DNA of 62,947 nt, filler included, from Nemertoderma westbladi (GCA_032718475.1; 3 parts of 3 records of this genome joined end to end with filler, not necessarily neighbours in it); one strand, 5' to 3'. Positions 50,736 through 62,049 are shown, counted from the whole stretch's first letter. The notes: generated from the letters alone by a model not told the origin. Numbers and translations are program-made.

Positions 50736-51689
50736 AAATATAAAGACGCAATCGAGGCCCAAAACATAAATATACCCTTTCACCAAAATAAAGTGGCCCC
50801 AGTTTGGTCCCGAGTCATCCCTCAATAATCTATGGCTGCTCGGGCTCTTATTAACCGTATAGCAAGATTAATCCCTTTGAATCCATAGCTTCGTTATTAT
50901 ATCAATTCGTCCAAGAAATTAGTCCCAAACCTCTTCTCCCCACCCCATTGAACACTCTCCCTTCTTCTCTTCTTTCTCTTCTTTTTTCTCTTCTTTTTTC
51001 TGTTCTTTCAATATATGAAAAATTGAGTTCCTGGACCTAAATTCGCAAAACCGCAAATGGTGATCCTTTTCAGCTTCTCTAAAGCTATGTGCGGGTTGAA
51101 AAGGACACTGAACAATTTTTTGATTCGAAAAGTTCTTACGACATTTTCTTAAATGCGTAACATATTTTTCTGAGTGAATTCTGTGTGTGGCATCATAAGG
51201 ACATATGAAATATTCCATCGTAACAAAAGACAAAAAAAAAAAAAAAAAATTTATTGAGATATACTTTTTAAAAAACTTTTAAAAACGTCACTTAATATTT
51301 TTAGAGATAATGATCTAACTTTACATGGTTTTATTTATATAGAAAGGTCCACCTTAACATTTCAAACAGAACCATAGTTTTTGGTATGGCATGCGTAAAG
51401 GATTAAGCATCCCATGGAACCCCTTGTTGAGTTATACTCTACAATGAAATATAAAGACGCAATCGAGGCCCAAAACATAAATATACCCTTTCACGAAAAT
51501 AAAATGGCCCCAGTTTAGCCCCGAGTCATCCCTCAATAATCTGCGACTACTCGAGCTCTTATTAACCATAGCATGACTAACTCAATCATCAATGCGTGAA
51601 TGGGGACCTGCGTGAATGGGGCCTGCCACAGAGCTTAAATTATTCATACCCACAGCTTCGTTATTATATCAATTCATCCAAGAAATTAG
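50736..51689. repeat. Direct repeats flanking the GTSF1-like ORF (50736-50922 and 51447-51689)
   Basis: AAATATAAAGACGCAATCGAGGCCC...CCAAGAAATTAG occurs twice with several substitutions and a ~55-nt insertion in copy 2. Confidence 0.85.
50919..51218 (-). CDS. GTSF1: GTSF1/Asterix-like protein with tandem CHHC (U11-48K) zinc fingers, 99 aa
   Basis: MEYFICPYDATHRIHSEKYVTHLRKC and QCPFQPAHSFREAEKDHHLRFC are two CHHC fingers. A Lys/Glu linker leads to a terminal GWGEEVWD. The ORF is intronless, with minus-strand TATATAAA ~115 nt upstream. This is a family-level assignment, not orthology. Confidence 0.8.
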   Translation of the reverse strand: MEYFICPYDATHRIHSEKYVTHLRKCRKNFSNQKIVQCPFQPAHSFREAEKDHHLRFCEFRSRNSIFHILKEQKKEEKKEEKEEKKGECSMGWGEEVWD

Positions 51690-52250
51690 AATAAACATCT
51701 GGTATGGCATTAGTTTGCATTCTTTCGCATTGTATTGCGAAGCAGTCCACGCGCATATTAGCTCAACAACAAAGCCCTACCCAAAACACCACATGTCAAA
51801 TTAATTCCCAACCATCTCTTTACTACAGTGGATACTGCAGTTTTTTTGTTTGAAGTAATTTCAGAGATGCTCTAGCGTAACATTAATTAACATACCCAGT
51901 CCATTCATTACACACACTTTTCTCCAACGCACCACCCCGCTTCTCAATTCATCCCATTTCTCTTCGTAACTAATGTTTTACATTTAATTAACCCAATGAA
52001 ATGTGTTTATTATTCCCTCAATCCAATAGCGCGTCTCTCTCTCTCTCTTCTGCTCTTGCAATAGATTGCATTCTTCTTTCACAACTCCATTCTAACCTCC
52101 CTCTATAATAGCCCCTAGTCACCGCATTCCTATTCATTCTCTAATTTTTATTTTTAAAAGTTTTATTTATTTTCATAAAAGTTTTATTTATTTAAAATTT
52201 TGTAAAATCATTCAGCGAAAATTCATAATATCAATTGACATTGCTATATA

Positions 52251-53300
52251 ATGCATAGAGATGAAAGATGTTTGGTTTGTAATAAAGAAATGAGACAAGA
52301 TAATCTATCTCGTCATATGGAAAGACATAGAAAGGATAAACTAATGGATCCATTACCAAAGAAATTTAAAAAATCCGAAGATGTTTTTAGTGAAGATGAA
52401 AAGAAAAAGAGAGTTGAGCGTGATATTTTAAAGATAAAACAGACAATGGAAAATAAATTTCATAAAGTTATGAATATTTTGAAAGGGATACAAAAACAGT
52501 TACCCCTAGAAAATGATGAGAATTTGAGTGAGGAAGATGAAGAAGAAGAGGACGAAGAGATGGAGAATGAAAATAGTGAGGGTCAAGATGAAGTTGAAGA
52601 GAGTGAAGTTGGGAACGAAGAAAGTGAAGATCAGAAAGATGACGAAGAAAGTGAAGGTCAGGAAGAGGGTGAAGATAGCGAAGGTCAGGAAGAGAATGAA
52701 GAAAGTGAAGAACAGGAAGAGGATGAAGAAAGTGAAGAACAGGAAGAGGATGAAGAAAGTGAAGAACAGGAAGAGGATGAAGAAAGTGAAGAACAGGAAG
52801 AGGATGAAGAAAGCGAAGGTCAGAAAGAGGATGAAGAAAGTGAAGGTCATGAAGAGGACGAAGAAAGTGAAGAACAGGAAGACGACGAAGAAAGTGAAGG
52901 TCAGGAAAGTGAAGAAGATGATGAAAATGATAATAATAAGGAAATATTGAGACAATTACTTGGAAATAAGAATATATTGCGGAAAATTATTAAACATTTA
53001 GAAGAGAATGGTGAAAATAAAGAAGAGATATTGAGACAAATATTAGGAAACAAAAATCAAATGCGGAAATTTATTAAACAAATGGAAGAAAATGAGGAAA
53101 ATAGAGAAGAGATATTAAGACAGGTTCTGGGAAATAAAAGTAAATTACTGAAAATTAATGAACAATTGAATAAAATTAAGAAACTGTTGGTTAATGAGGA
53201 AGATGAAATTAAAGAAAATCAACCAGCATTTACTTATTTTCGAAGACCTATGACAACAAACTCTCGTACAGTATTTGCCCGCGCAGGAGGACACTATTGA
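52251..53300 (+). CDS. Hypothetical nuclear protein: N-terminal C2H2-like finger, acidic 9-aa repeats, three C-terminal helical repeats
   Basis: 349-aa intronless ATG ORF. Contains CLVC-x11-HMERH, PKKFKK, (EEDEESEEQ)n from 27-bp repeats, and 3x ENKEEILRQILGNK. Upstream TATAAT at ~52104. Confidence 0.75.
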   Translation: MHRDERCLVCNKEMRQDNLSRHMERHRKDKLMDPLPKKFKKSEDVFSEDEKKKRVERDILKIKQTMENKFHKVMNILKGIQKQLPLENDENLSEEDEEEEDEEMENENSEGQDEVEESEVGNEESEDQKDDEESEGQEEGEDSEGQEENEESEEQEEDEESEEQEEDEESEEQEEDEESEEQEEDEESEGQKEDEESEGHEEDEESEEQEDDEESEGQESEEDDENDNNKEILRQLLGNKNILRKIIKHLEENGENKEEILRQILGNKNQMRKFIKQMEENEENREEILRQVLGNKSKLLKINEQLNKIKKLLVNEEDEIKENQPAFTYFRRPMTTNSRTVFARAGGHY

Positions 53301-53330
53301 CATTTGTTTGTTTGAGTTCCTTTCATAATA

Positions 53331-53435
53331 GTATTAAAACTATTTATCCATAACAATTATATTAGTATTAGGACTATTTATCCATAACATTTATATTAGT
53401 ATTAGGATTATTTATCCTTAATTATTATATTAGTA
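53331..53435. repeat. Three copies of an AT-rich 34-bp unit
   Basis: GTATTAGGACTATTTATCCATAACATTTATATTA x3, degenerate. Confidence 0.7.
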
Positions 53436-53709
53436 TTATAAATGTATTTGCCAACAATATTTATTACTATTAGGTCTATTTATTCAAGAAATTATATGTT
53501 TTTTATAATATATTTTGGAAAATTAGTCGACTAAGTCATAATTTTTAAAACTTTAAATAAGGGTGGAGTTATTTTATAAAGTTAAGAAGAGTGAATCAAT
53601 GGAGGCAACCTGAAGTCTCATATCTTGCCCTTTACTCATAAGACCGCACGTTAACTCCCAAGGTTGCATACTATCACTATAGCTGGGAGAGTCAAAGCTA
53701 GTGTACAGG

Positions 53710-54243
53710 AGTGAGGGAAGTGAGGCAAGTGAGGGAAGTGAGGGAATGAGGGAGGCAGTGAGGGAAGTGAGGCAGTGAGGCATAGTGAGGCATAGTGAGG
53801 CAGTGAGGCATAGTGAGGCATAGTGAGGGAAGTGAGGGAAGTGAGGGAAGTGAGGCATAGTGAGGCAGTGAGGCATAGTGAGGCAGTGAGGCATAGTGAG
53901 GCATAGTGAGGCATAGCGAGGCATAGTGAGGCATAGTGAGGCATAGTGAGGCATAGTGAGGGAAGTGAGGGAAGTGAGGGAAGTGAGGCATAGTGAGGCA
54001 GTGAGGCATAGTGAGGCAGTGAGGCATAGTGAGGCATAGTGAGGCATAGTGAGGCATAGCGAGGCATAGCGAGGCATAGTGAGGCATAGTGAGGCAGTGA
54101 GGCATAGTGAGGCAGTGAGGCAGTGAGGCAGTGAGGCATAGTGAGGCATAGTGAGGCATAGTGAGGCATAGTGAGGCATAGTGAGGCATAGCGAGGCATA
54201 GTGAGGCATAGTGAGGCATAGTGAGGCAGTGAGGCAGTGAGGC
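53710..54243. repeat. Short-period satellite of AGTGAGGC / AGTGAGGCAT / AGTGAGGGA modules, running into gap
   Basis: Directly visible. Confidence 0.95.
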
Positions 54244-54343
54244 NNNNNNNNNNNNNNNNNNNNNNNNNNNNNNNNNNNNNNNNNNNNTTAATTAATTAAN
54301 NNNNNNNNNNNNNNNNNNNNNNNNNNNNNNNNNNNNNNNNNNN
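54244..54343. other. Assembly gap with artificial six-frame stop linker
   Basis: N-run with TTAATTAATTAA at 54288-54299. Confidence 0.97.
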
Positions 54344-54960
54344 GAGCCTTTCTTATGATTTGTGATTTATTTGAATTATATGTTTTATATTTAGAAAGTT
54401 TTTGCTTATTCCAAACTTATGCAATTTGTATTGTTCCGAATTTATGAAATTTAGAAAGTTTATATTTAGAAGGAATTTATATTTGAAAGATTTATGTTTC
54501 ATATTTGAGATGCAAAGGTTTATATTATTCTAAACTTATGCAGTTTATATTAATATTTAGTAAGATTTATATTTAGTAAGAATTTATATCTTATATTTAC
54601 GTGATTATTTCGAACTTATGCAATTTATATTATTCTGAACTTATGCAATTTATATTGTTCCGAATATTATGCAATTTATATCTTATAAGCAGTATTTGTA
54701 CCCAAAGAGAAAGTTTTATAGACAGAAAATTTTGTGCTCAGAAAGACTCATATTTGTAATTATTCCAAACTTATGCAATCTACATTTAGGTACGAAAGTA
54801 TTTGTAATTACTTGAATTTATGCAATATTTGAGATGCAATAGTAGATGGAAGACTCGCGAGCCTTTCTTATTGTTTTCATTTATTTGTATTTGTAATTGT
54901 TTGAATTTATGCAATATTGAGATGCAATAGATTTATATTGGTGAATTTAATTTAGATTTA
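54344..54960. repeat. Degenerate AT-rich repeat (TATTCCAAACTTATGCAATTTATA-like units)
   Basis: Recurrent AACTTATGCAATTT / GAATTTATGCAAT motifs. GAGCCTTTCTTAT occurs twice. Confidence 0.6.
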
Positions 54961-55289
54961 TATTGTACTTACTTAGTAAAGCCATAAATACGTAAAGTTT
55001 GAATTTGTAATTATTTTTGTATCGAATCATTACGTAAAAGGGAAGTATTGTTCGAAACTTAATTGTAAATATGTAAGTACGCCCTAAGTATTCTATAGTT
55101 TGATTGATTATTGGTGAAAACCGTATATTTTATGCACGATAATATCCTGTTTTCATGGAGCGGTATAGAATTATATTCCCTAAATGCCGTGGATTTTCAA
55201 AATTTTATTTTATTCGAATTAACTTTGTAAAGATTGCTTTGAGTTCTCATTAGTATTGGTTCTATCTATTATGCATCTATCGGTCAAGT

Positions 55290-55365
55290 GGTTCAGTAGC
55301 TCAGTTGGTAGAGCGTTGGAAATTATAAGTGTAGTAGGTATCGAGTTCGAATCCTAGTAAGTACG
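55290..55365 (+). pseudogene. tRNA-like Pol III element (pseudo-tRNA or SINE head)
   Basis: TAGCTCAGTTGGTAGAGC D-arm/A box and GTTCGAATCC T-loop/B box, followed by a T-run. Acceptor and anticodon stems do not pair. Confidence 0.6.
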
Positions 55366-57453
55366 GATTATTTTTTGTGCAGAATTTCAACTCATTTAAA
55401 TTAACCGCTACAAATTAATTGCATTTGTCTGTACCAATAAGGCTGTAGTTATTTGATTGTAACCAATGTCGTGCAAGTTATATATTAGCTGGACCAATAA
55501 GCTATCTTTAAAACCTTGTTAGAACCCATAGAACAATCGAGAATTTTCTCGATTAATTGCAGCACAAATTTAGTATATAAAGGTGCGATTCGTTCATTAG
55601 TTATCTAATCCATCATTCACTTTCTGTCTTATTTCAGATTACATTGTTTATTGTGTAATAGTTATTATATCTTTTGTAATAAAAGTCAGAAATACTAGTC
55701 ACATCTCAGCCCTTTTCTATCTGTTTTACTATGGTTTCACTACGGTGAACAAACTCAGGGACAGGATGGCCGGCTAGAGATCGGGCCGCAGCAATGAACG
55801 GGAACATCACGGGAATGTAGACGAGAGACAACCCGCAATACCATCTTAAAGTTATTCGCCCATCGCCTGAAAGGTTAGACAGCGTTCGATCCTTGCTACC
55901 TAAGTGTAAGACCAAAAGATCAAAGGTAGACGTAGTGACACGCTGTGAGCCCAAAATTACATCATAGGGACTGTACTGTCTTGATTCAGGAAAAACCGCA
56001 GTAGACCTTCATATTCCTACGGGGGGGGAGGAGAGAGAGCAGATACTAGTACGCAGATAGGACGTAGGCACACCGGTACAAGGCATACACATTGGTTAGG
56101 GTGCAGCAAACTGTACGCTTAACTCTTGCTAAGTACAGGTGTGTGTGCGACTATTTGCAGTACGACCGTGTCTATTACATCAGAACTTGTAGGCTAGGGG
56201 GTTGCTGTGTTTTCACCTGAATTGGGATTGTACCGTTCAGGCGGTAGGGCAGTTTACGCTAGGCGCAAATAAATTGAGGCTATCAGGGATATACTAACAT
56301 CTACCGTGTCCCCGCCAACGCCCTAATAGGAAGTTACCCGGACTACCTGGGTGACTAAAATTCTAGATAGGAGCCAGGATAGCTATTAGTACCCGTACGC
56401 CTACAGTAGTAAACTAACACATCTCTTCTCAGTATTAGGGACCTGGTACCTAAAATTGCCGAATTCTGGGCGTAGTATTAACCTTATGCCTGAATTTGAG
56501 TCCTGGAAATACGCAAGAGGGGAAGGAACCTTATCATTCGTGAGTATTGGACCTACAAGTTATAAAATTAGAATATTCGTAAAATGCACACCGTACCCAG
56601 TAATTATATATGTGAAGGAGCAAAACTGCTTTGACCGTTCAGAATTAACACACGCGCGTTAGAAATTATTTACACCTCGAAATATATAAAATTAACTTTC
56701 GTCCTTACTGCACTTTGCTCGCTAGTTAGACATCTCCAAATCTGCTCTATACCTAGCTAGCGTCCCTTTGCCCAACCATATAAATCACACCGCGGCAAAG
56801 TATACGAGCCTTTTAGTCCGTCAGTGAGTCAGCCTGATTTTAGGATTCGCTGCGCGGGATTTTGTTTTATCGAAGTTTGTCTGCTCGTAGACTGTTTTCT
56901 GCCTCACCGGTTAAAAGAGATCGATACTGCAATATATTCGCTTACTTGGGGTTTACTGTTTTGGTGAGAAGGTCGGATTTATGATTTGATTTACAAACTT
57001 TACAGTAGGATATTGCAGGTATTGTTACCGTCTCTTCCGATAGTAGGAATAGGCGTATCTCTCCAATTTAATTATATATTGTATAAATGGTAAAACTCAA
57101 TTAAATAAATACAACCGCAGGGTGCGTGGTCCGGTTAATTAATAATAATGATAAATGGTGTGTAAATAAATAATAAAGATAAAAATATCCCGCTGTTATT
57201 AAAAAGTGATATTCATCTCCCATTTTCGATTTGGGATTACTCTTAATCTTGCTATTATTGTAGCTAAGCAATAGTTCCTCCAGATGTGAAGCTTGTCTAA
57301 GTATCACAATTAAATATTTACTTTAGGTACTGTTCTAGGGGTCAATATTCAATATAATTCTAGATGTGTATTATTTGTGCAATATACTGTGAAAATTTAT
57401 ATTATAGTGGTCCTATATTAAGGTTTTATCGATTTTTGATTGCGATTGTCTAG

Positions 57454-57701
57454 GTGTGAGACAGCTGGATATTGTGAACAGTCCTGTTGGTAGTGACTCA
57501 TACATTGGTGGATGTACACCTAACTTGGCTGTAAATGGCATAAAGAATGAGGAGTGGGGAGCAGCACCTAATTGCGGATTCCATTCCGATATCACTTCGC
57601 CCAACTGGTGGTGGGTGGATCTCTATAGTGAGAAAGCTGTTGATCACGTTATCATTTACAACAGAAACGATAGATGGTATTATAGGTTAAATGGTGCCAA
57701 G
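57454..57701 (+). CDS. Exon encoding an F-type lectin (fucolectin/FTP) domain
   Basis: TAG|GT acceptor and AAG|GTAAAA donor. LAVNG...CGFHS...PNWWWVDL...VIIYNRNDRWYYRLNGAK contains an exact HX26RXDX4R fucose-binding motif. Confidence 0.85.
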
Positions 57702-57768
57702 GTAAAAGCTATGTGAATAATAATGAATAATATGGCTTGTAATTTTAGGCTGATAATGTAATTTTAAC

Positions 57769-60101
57769 GGCTCCATGTAAATTGAACCAACGTCAATTGA
57801 ACCATGCGTCAATTGACCCAGCGTCAATTAAACCAGCTGCAATTGAACCAAGCGTCAATTGAACCAAGCGTCAATTGAACCAAGCGTCAATTGAACCAAG
57901 CGTCAATTGAACCAAGCTTCAATTGAACCAAGTGTCAGTTGAACCAAGTGACAATTGAACCAAACGTCAGTTGAACCAAACGTCAATTGAACCAAACGTC
58001 AATTGAACCAAGCATAAATAAACCCATAATCAAATAAAGAATCAATGAAATTAATTCCTATCAGTGTTGTGAAAAATACACTACAAATAAAGAAAAATAA
58101 TTCAATTAAAAACTATAGTGATTAAAAATTAAGATTCTAGAATCTTAAAAAAGCATAGTTGAACATTTCACTAAAATATAAAAGAGTGAAAAGAGTTATT
58201 ACGTGCAGACAAAATAAAATAAGCAATGGAAAACTACAAGTCGGAGCGGGGTGGCGAAGTTGTAAGTTATAACGGGTACGAATATATATTAAGAGTGGAA
58301 AAAGATGGAATGAAAAACTGGAGGTGTAGAGCCTATCGAAAGTATAAATGCAAAGCTACCATGATAACAAAAGGCAAGGATATAAAAAAAGAATCTGGTG
58401 AACACTCACATAGTGCTGAGATCTTAAAGACAGAAGCGAACAAAATAATATCGGAAGTGAAATCAAAGGCCAAAGAGGGGTTATTGACTACACGTACAAT
58501 TTTGGGGACATGCCTGGAAAATGTCGACAATTCAATTCTATCACAAATGCCAAGAAAAACACAAATGTATAGGACAATACAAAGAGCCAGATTAGAAAGT
58601 AGTGTTGCAATACCAAATCCGACAAACGTTGAGTTTACAATTCCAGAACATTTCATGGACATTGTTTTACATGATACAGGCAACGATGACCCAAATCTCA
58701 TCATAACACTGGGAAAATATGAAATAATTAAACATTTAGGAAACGAGATCTGGTTTGGAGATGGGACGTTTAAGGTTACTCCACAAATGTTCTTACACAA
58801 TACACGCCAAGGTTGGAACATCATATCCTCCTCTTTTGTACTTTCTATTACCTAATAAAACAAACGTGTTAGAAAAAATGTTAGAAAACGTTCCGAAACG
58901 AATGCTACTTGACTTTGAAATAGCTGCGATAAACACATTTAAGATAGAGTATCCATCTAGCGAAGTCTCCGGTTGTCACTTCCACTTGAGCCAATCAATT
59001 CTGCGGAAAGTAAACGAGTTAGGTTTGAAGGGAAGATACGAAAAAGATAAAGACTTTGCGATACTTGTAAAGTCAATTATTTCCTTAGCGTTTGTTCCAG
59101 TACATGATGTAGAAGTGGTCTTTGAGCAACTAACGGAAGAGTTTCCGGATGATGACAATGTATTAGAGCTATTGGCGTACTTTGATGTTAACTACGTCAA
59201 GGGAACCATGCTTCGTCGACGTAAAGCTACACCTCGTTTTCCAATCGAGTTGTGGAATCATCATTTAGATAGTCAGGATGCGGCTCCAAAAACAACAAAC
59301 TGCACCGAGGGGTTTCACAATGCACTGCAATCAATGTTCTTGTGCCAACATCCAACTATTTGGGTACTACTTAAAGGATTGCAACGAGACATTGCAATTC
59401 AGAAACTAACAGTACAAAACGCACTGATTGGTAAACCAGAGACGCCACGATCGAAATATGGAGACCTAGCTCAGCGAATAGCAAATGTTGCAAAAACTTA
59501 CAATAACGTCCAAGATAAAATAGATTACCTACGGACGATGGCATACATCCAATAAATAAACAAAGAACATTAAAATGTTAAAGTAACTTAAATAGTCGAC
59601 TAGAAGGAATTGAGTAACTTGTCTATATTGATGTCTGTGTTCAATAGAATTCCAAAATATAATTAATATTATGTATATTTATTAATATTATTCAACCCCA
59701 TTGAATAAAATAGACCATTCTAGAATCTTCATCCACCAGTAGAACATTTCGCGATTAAAAAATCAAAAATTTGCAATAATTATTATTTTGTTGGTTAAAT
59801 TAACATTTCATTAAATTGATGCTTGGGTCAATTGACGCATGGGTCAATTGACGCATGGGTCAATTGACGCTGGTCAATTGACGCTTGGTTCAATAGACGC
59901 TTGGTTCAATTGACGCTTGGTTAAATTGACGTTAGGATCAATTGATGGGTGATAAACTTTGGTTCTAATGACGTATGGTTCAATTGACGTGTGGTTCAAT
60001 TGACGTTGGTTCAATTGACACAATGTTAAATTGACGTTGGTTCAATTGACGTGGTTCAATTGACGTGGTTCAATTGACTTTGGTTCAGTTGACGTGTCAC
60101 C
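57769..60101 (+). mobile_element. Mutator-like (MULE) DNA transposon, complete
   Basis: Perfect 9-bp TSD AATTTTAAC (57760-57768 and 60102-60110), GG...CC termini, and inverted subterminal arrays of CGTCAATTGAACCAAG (~57775-58015 and ~59810-60095). Confidence 0.95.
58226..59555 (+). pseudogene. FLYWCH-MULE transposase with one frameshift near 58790
   Basis: YNGYEY..WRC..C..HSH (FLYWCH), GDGTFK, LDFE, GCHFHLSQ, TTNCTEGFHN. Confidence 0.9.
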
Positions 60102-60934
60102 AATTTTAACAGGTGATGTTGTTGTTCATTTAATTCATATGAGGGGGTGCGTGTTAGAACTTTTCTCATCCTGTTTGCAAATATAGTGGTCTACTATTGC
60201 TTCATATCTTACTTACATTGCACTGCATGCATCCATGCATGTTCACTACTTTATCATCCTTTGTCGCGTAGGCTTACCTGTACTGATTCTGGTAATTAAT
60301 GTCTATATTAAATTTTCGTTTTGAATATGCATGGTTTGGAATGTTAACTGAAGCTGTTTTTCAATCTGCGGTATTATATCCTCTATGTAATTTTATATTG
60401 GTAGCAACATTTATACACTGTTCTATTCAAAAAAATAAAGAATGCCCCTTTGTAACATCAGTAAGAATAGGTAGGGTCATTTAAAACTATATTTATGTAC
60501 TATTTTTCGAGTTTTTTCAAATTATCCAATATAATATTGGATTAAGATTTTTTTTTAATTCAACATACGCATTACAAAGTTCGTAGATTTTTTTTATCAA
60601 GATTCCAAACTTGAAAATAGTTTAGCTTATTATAGCTGTTTGTCAGTTTTACTGTAGGTCTGTCCGTCAGTAGGTCTCCAAAACAATAGAAAGCAAGAAT
60701 ACCATCTGTCTAAAAAATGTGAAAACTGACACTAGAAATGAAATCTTCGACCAGGAAAACCCATATAGCTAAACTTATGGCTAGCTATTGATCCCTTTCT
60801 TATATTTTGACAGACAGACTGTAGGACATTCAGATAGACCGACAGACAGACACACTAGATTTCACTAACAGTGAATTCTGAAATAAAATCAGCGACCCAG
60901 AAAAACCCCCATAACAAAAATCTTAGGATGCACG

Positions 60935-62030
60935 CACAGTGGGCCAGAGTTAGCCAAAATACCCCAAAAGTGACTTGTTTAACTTTATCTGAAATCTAGC
61001 CCGTGGTGAAGAGCGTATTAATTTGAAAACATGGAAAAAATATTTTCGATATTAAAAATTCGTCTTGTTTCACAAGATATAGATAGATAGATAGGTCCAA
61101 AATATCAAAATTTCTGAAATTTTTTCAAATTCTTGTACATGTCGAGCTGAATGCGAAAAATGTGGAAAAAAAGTGGATCCGATCCAATCAAAGAAATAAT
61201 AAAAGATTAGCATAAGCATAAACCTCATATTGCTATGAAAAAATAATATTTCAAAATTTGATATGCTGCGCTTTTTTCCCTCGAGAGCCTTCGTCATTTT
61301 GTTTCATCAGAATACAATACTATAGCACTTCTAACCTGTAAATTATTAAAAAGATGCCATTTTGTGCTAAATGTACACTATTTCAAAATAATTTGTAAAT
61401 ATTTAGTTTTAGTCAATTAGGGAGTTATTGCTTAGGATGGGTCAAATTTAAGTTTTTTACGAATTTCAACTTTTCCCTATTAAAAGTTTTTGTAGAACCA
61501 AATTTTAGGAGGATTGGTCAAAACTAAATTTTATCAAATTAATTTTTAACCCCTGCACATTTAAATGTAACATTTTCGAAATTGCGTAAATATAAAATTT
61601 TCCGAAAAAAAATTGTTTGCAATAATTACATTTTCCCTACATTAGACACCTTCTAGTCATCGAAAATGATGAAATAAGAACAAAAAATATTAAGTAGAAT
61701 CGCGTTTGACCCATGCACATGCTATTTAAAAATGTACTTTTTTTCGAAATTTTGGAAAAACAGCACTTTTCAACATAACAGTTGTAAACAAAAAAATGAA
61801 TAAGTTTGGTTGTTTTCCTATTCAAATAATCAAAGCTTTTCAAAACTGAATTTAATTATTTAATCCGGTTAACAACCACTGCTAACCCATGCACAAATCA
61901 CGTCAATGTTAATAATCATTTATTAAGAAAAAAACTTTTGAAACGAAAATCTTCAACAAATAGTTTAATTATCAACGTCATACTTATAGCTATGGAAACT
62001 ATGGGCCTTTCAATACCCCAATTAAAGCAA
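60935..62030 (+). mobile_element. Possible Transib-like non-autonomous element, one end only
   Basis: CACAGTGGG terminus-like motif after GC-rich GCACG, followed by an AT-rich MITE-like body. No partner TIR seen and the right boundary is arbitrary. Confidence 0.35.
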
Positions 62031-62049
62031 AGCACACCTGATTTAAATC

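Larger units (their letters stand above)
50445..54243. mobile_element. Unidentified insertion, possibly a Polinton/Maverick-like terminal region
   Basis: Starts with AGTAGT exactly where the young LTR is interrupted. Contains compact intronless ORFs with TATA boxes and tandem repeats. No core Polinton gene is visible before the gap. Confidence 0.4.

Noticed and set aside
52506-52955. Alternative-frame Phe-rich and Lys-rich ORFs
   Set aside because: They are shadows of the GAA-rich acidic repeat.
53574-54219. ORFs of MPHYASLCLT repeats, or a telomeric repeat
   Set aside because: These are translations of a short-period satellite, and the unit is not a known telomere motif.
55290-55365. Functional tRNA gene
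   Set aside because: Only the D and T arms are recognisable. Acceptor and anticodon stems do not pair.
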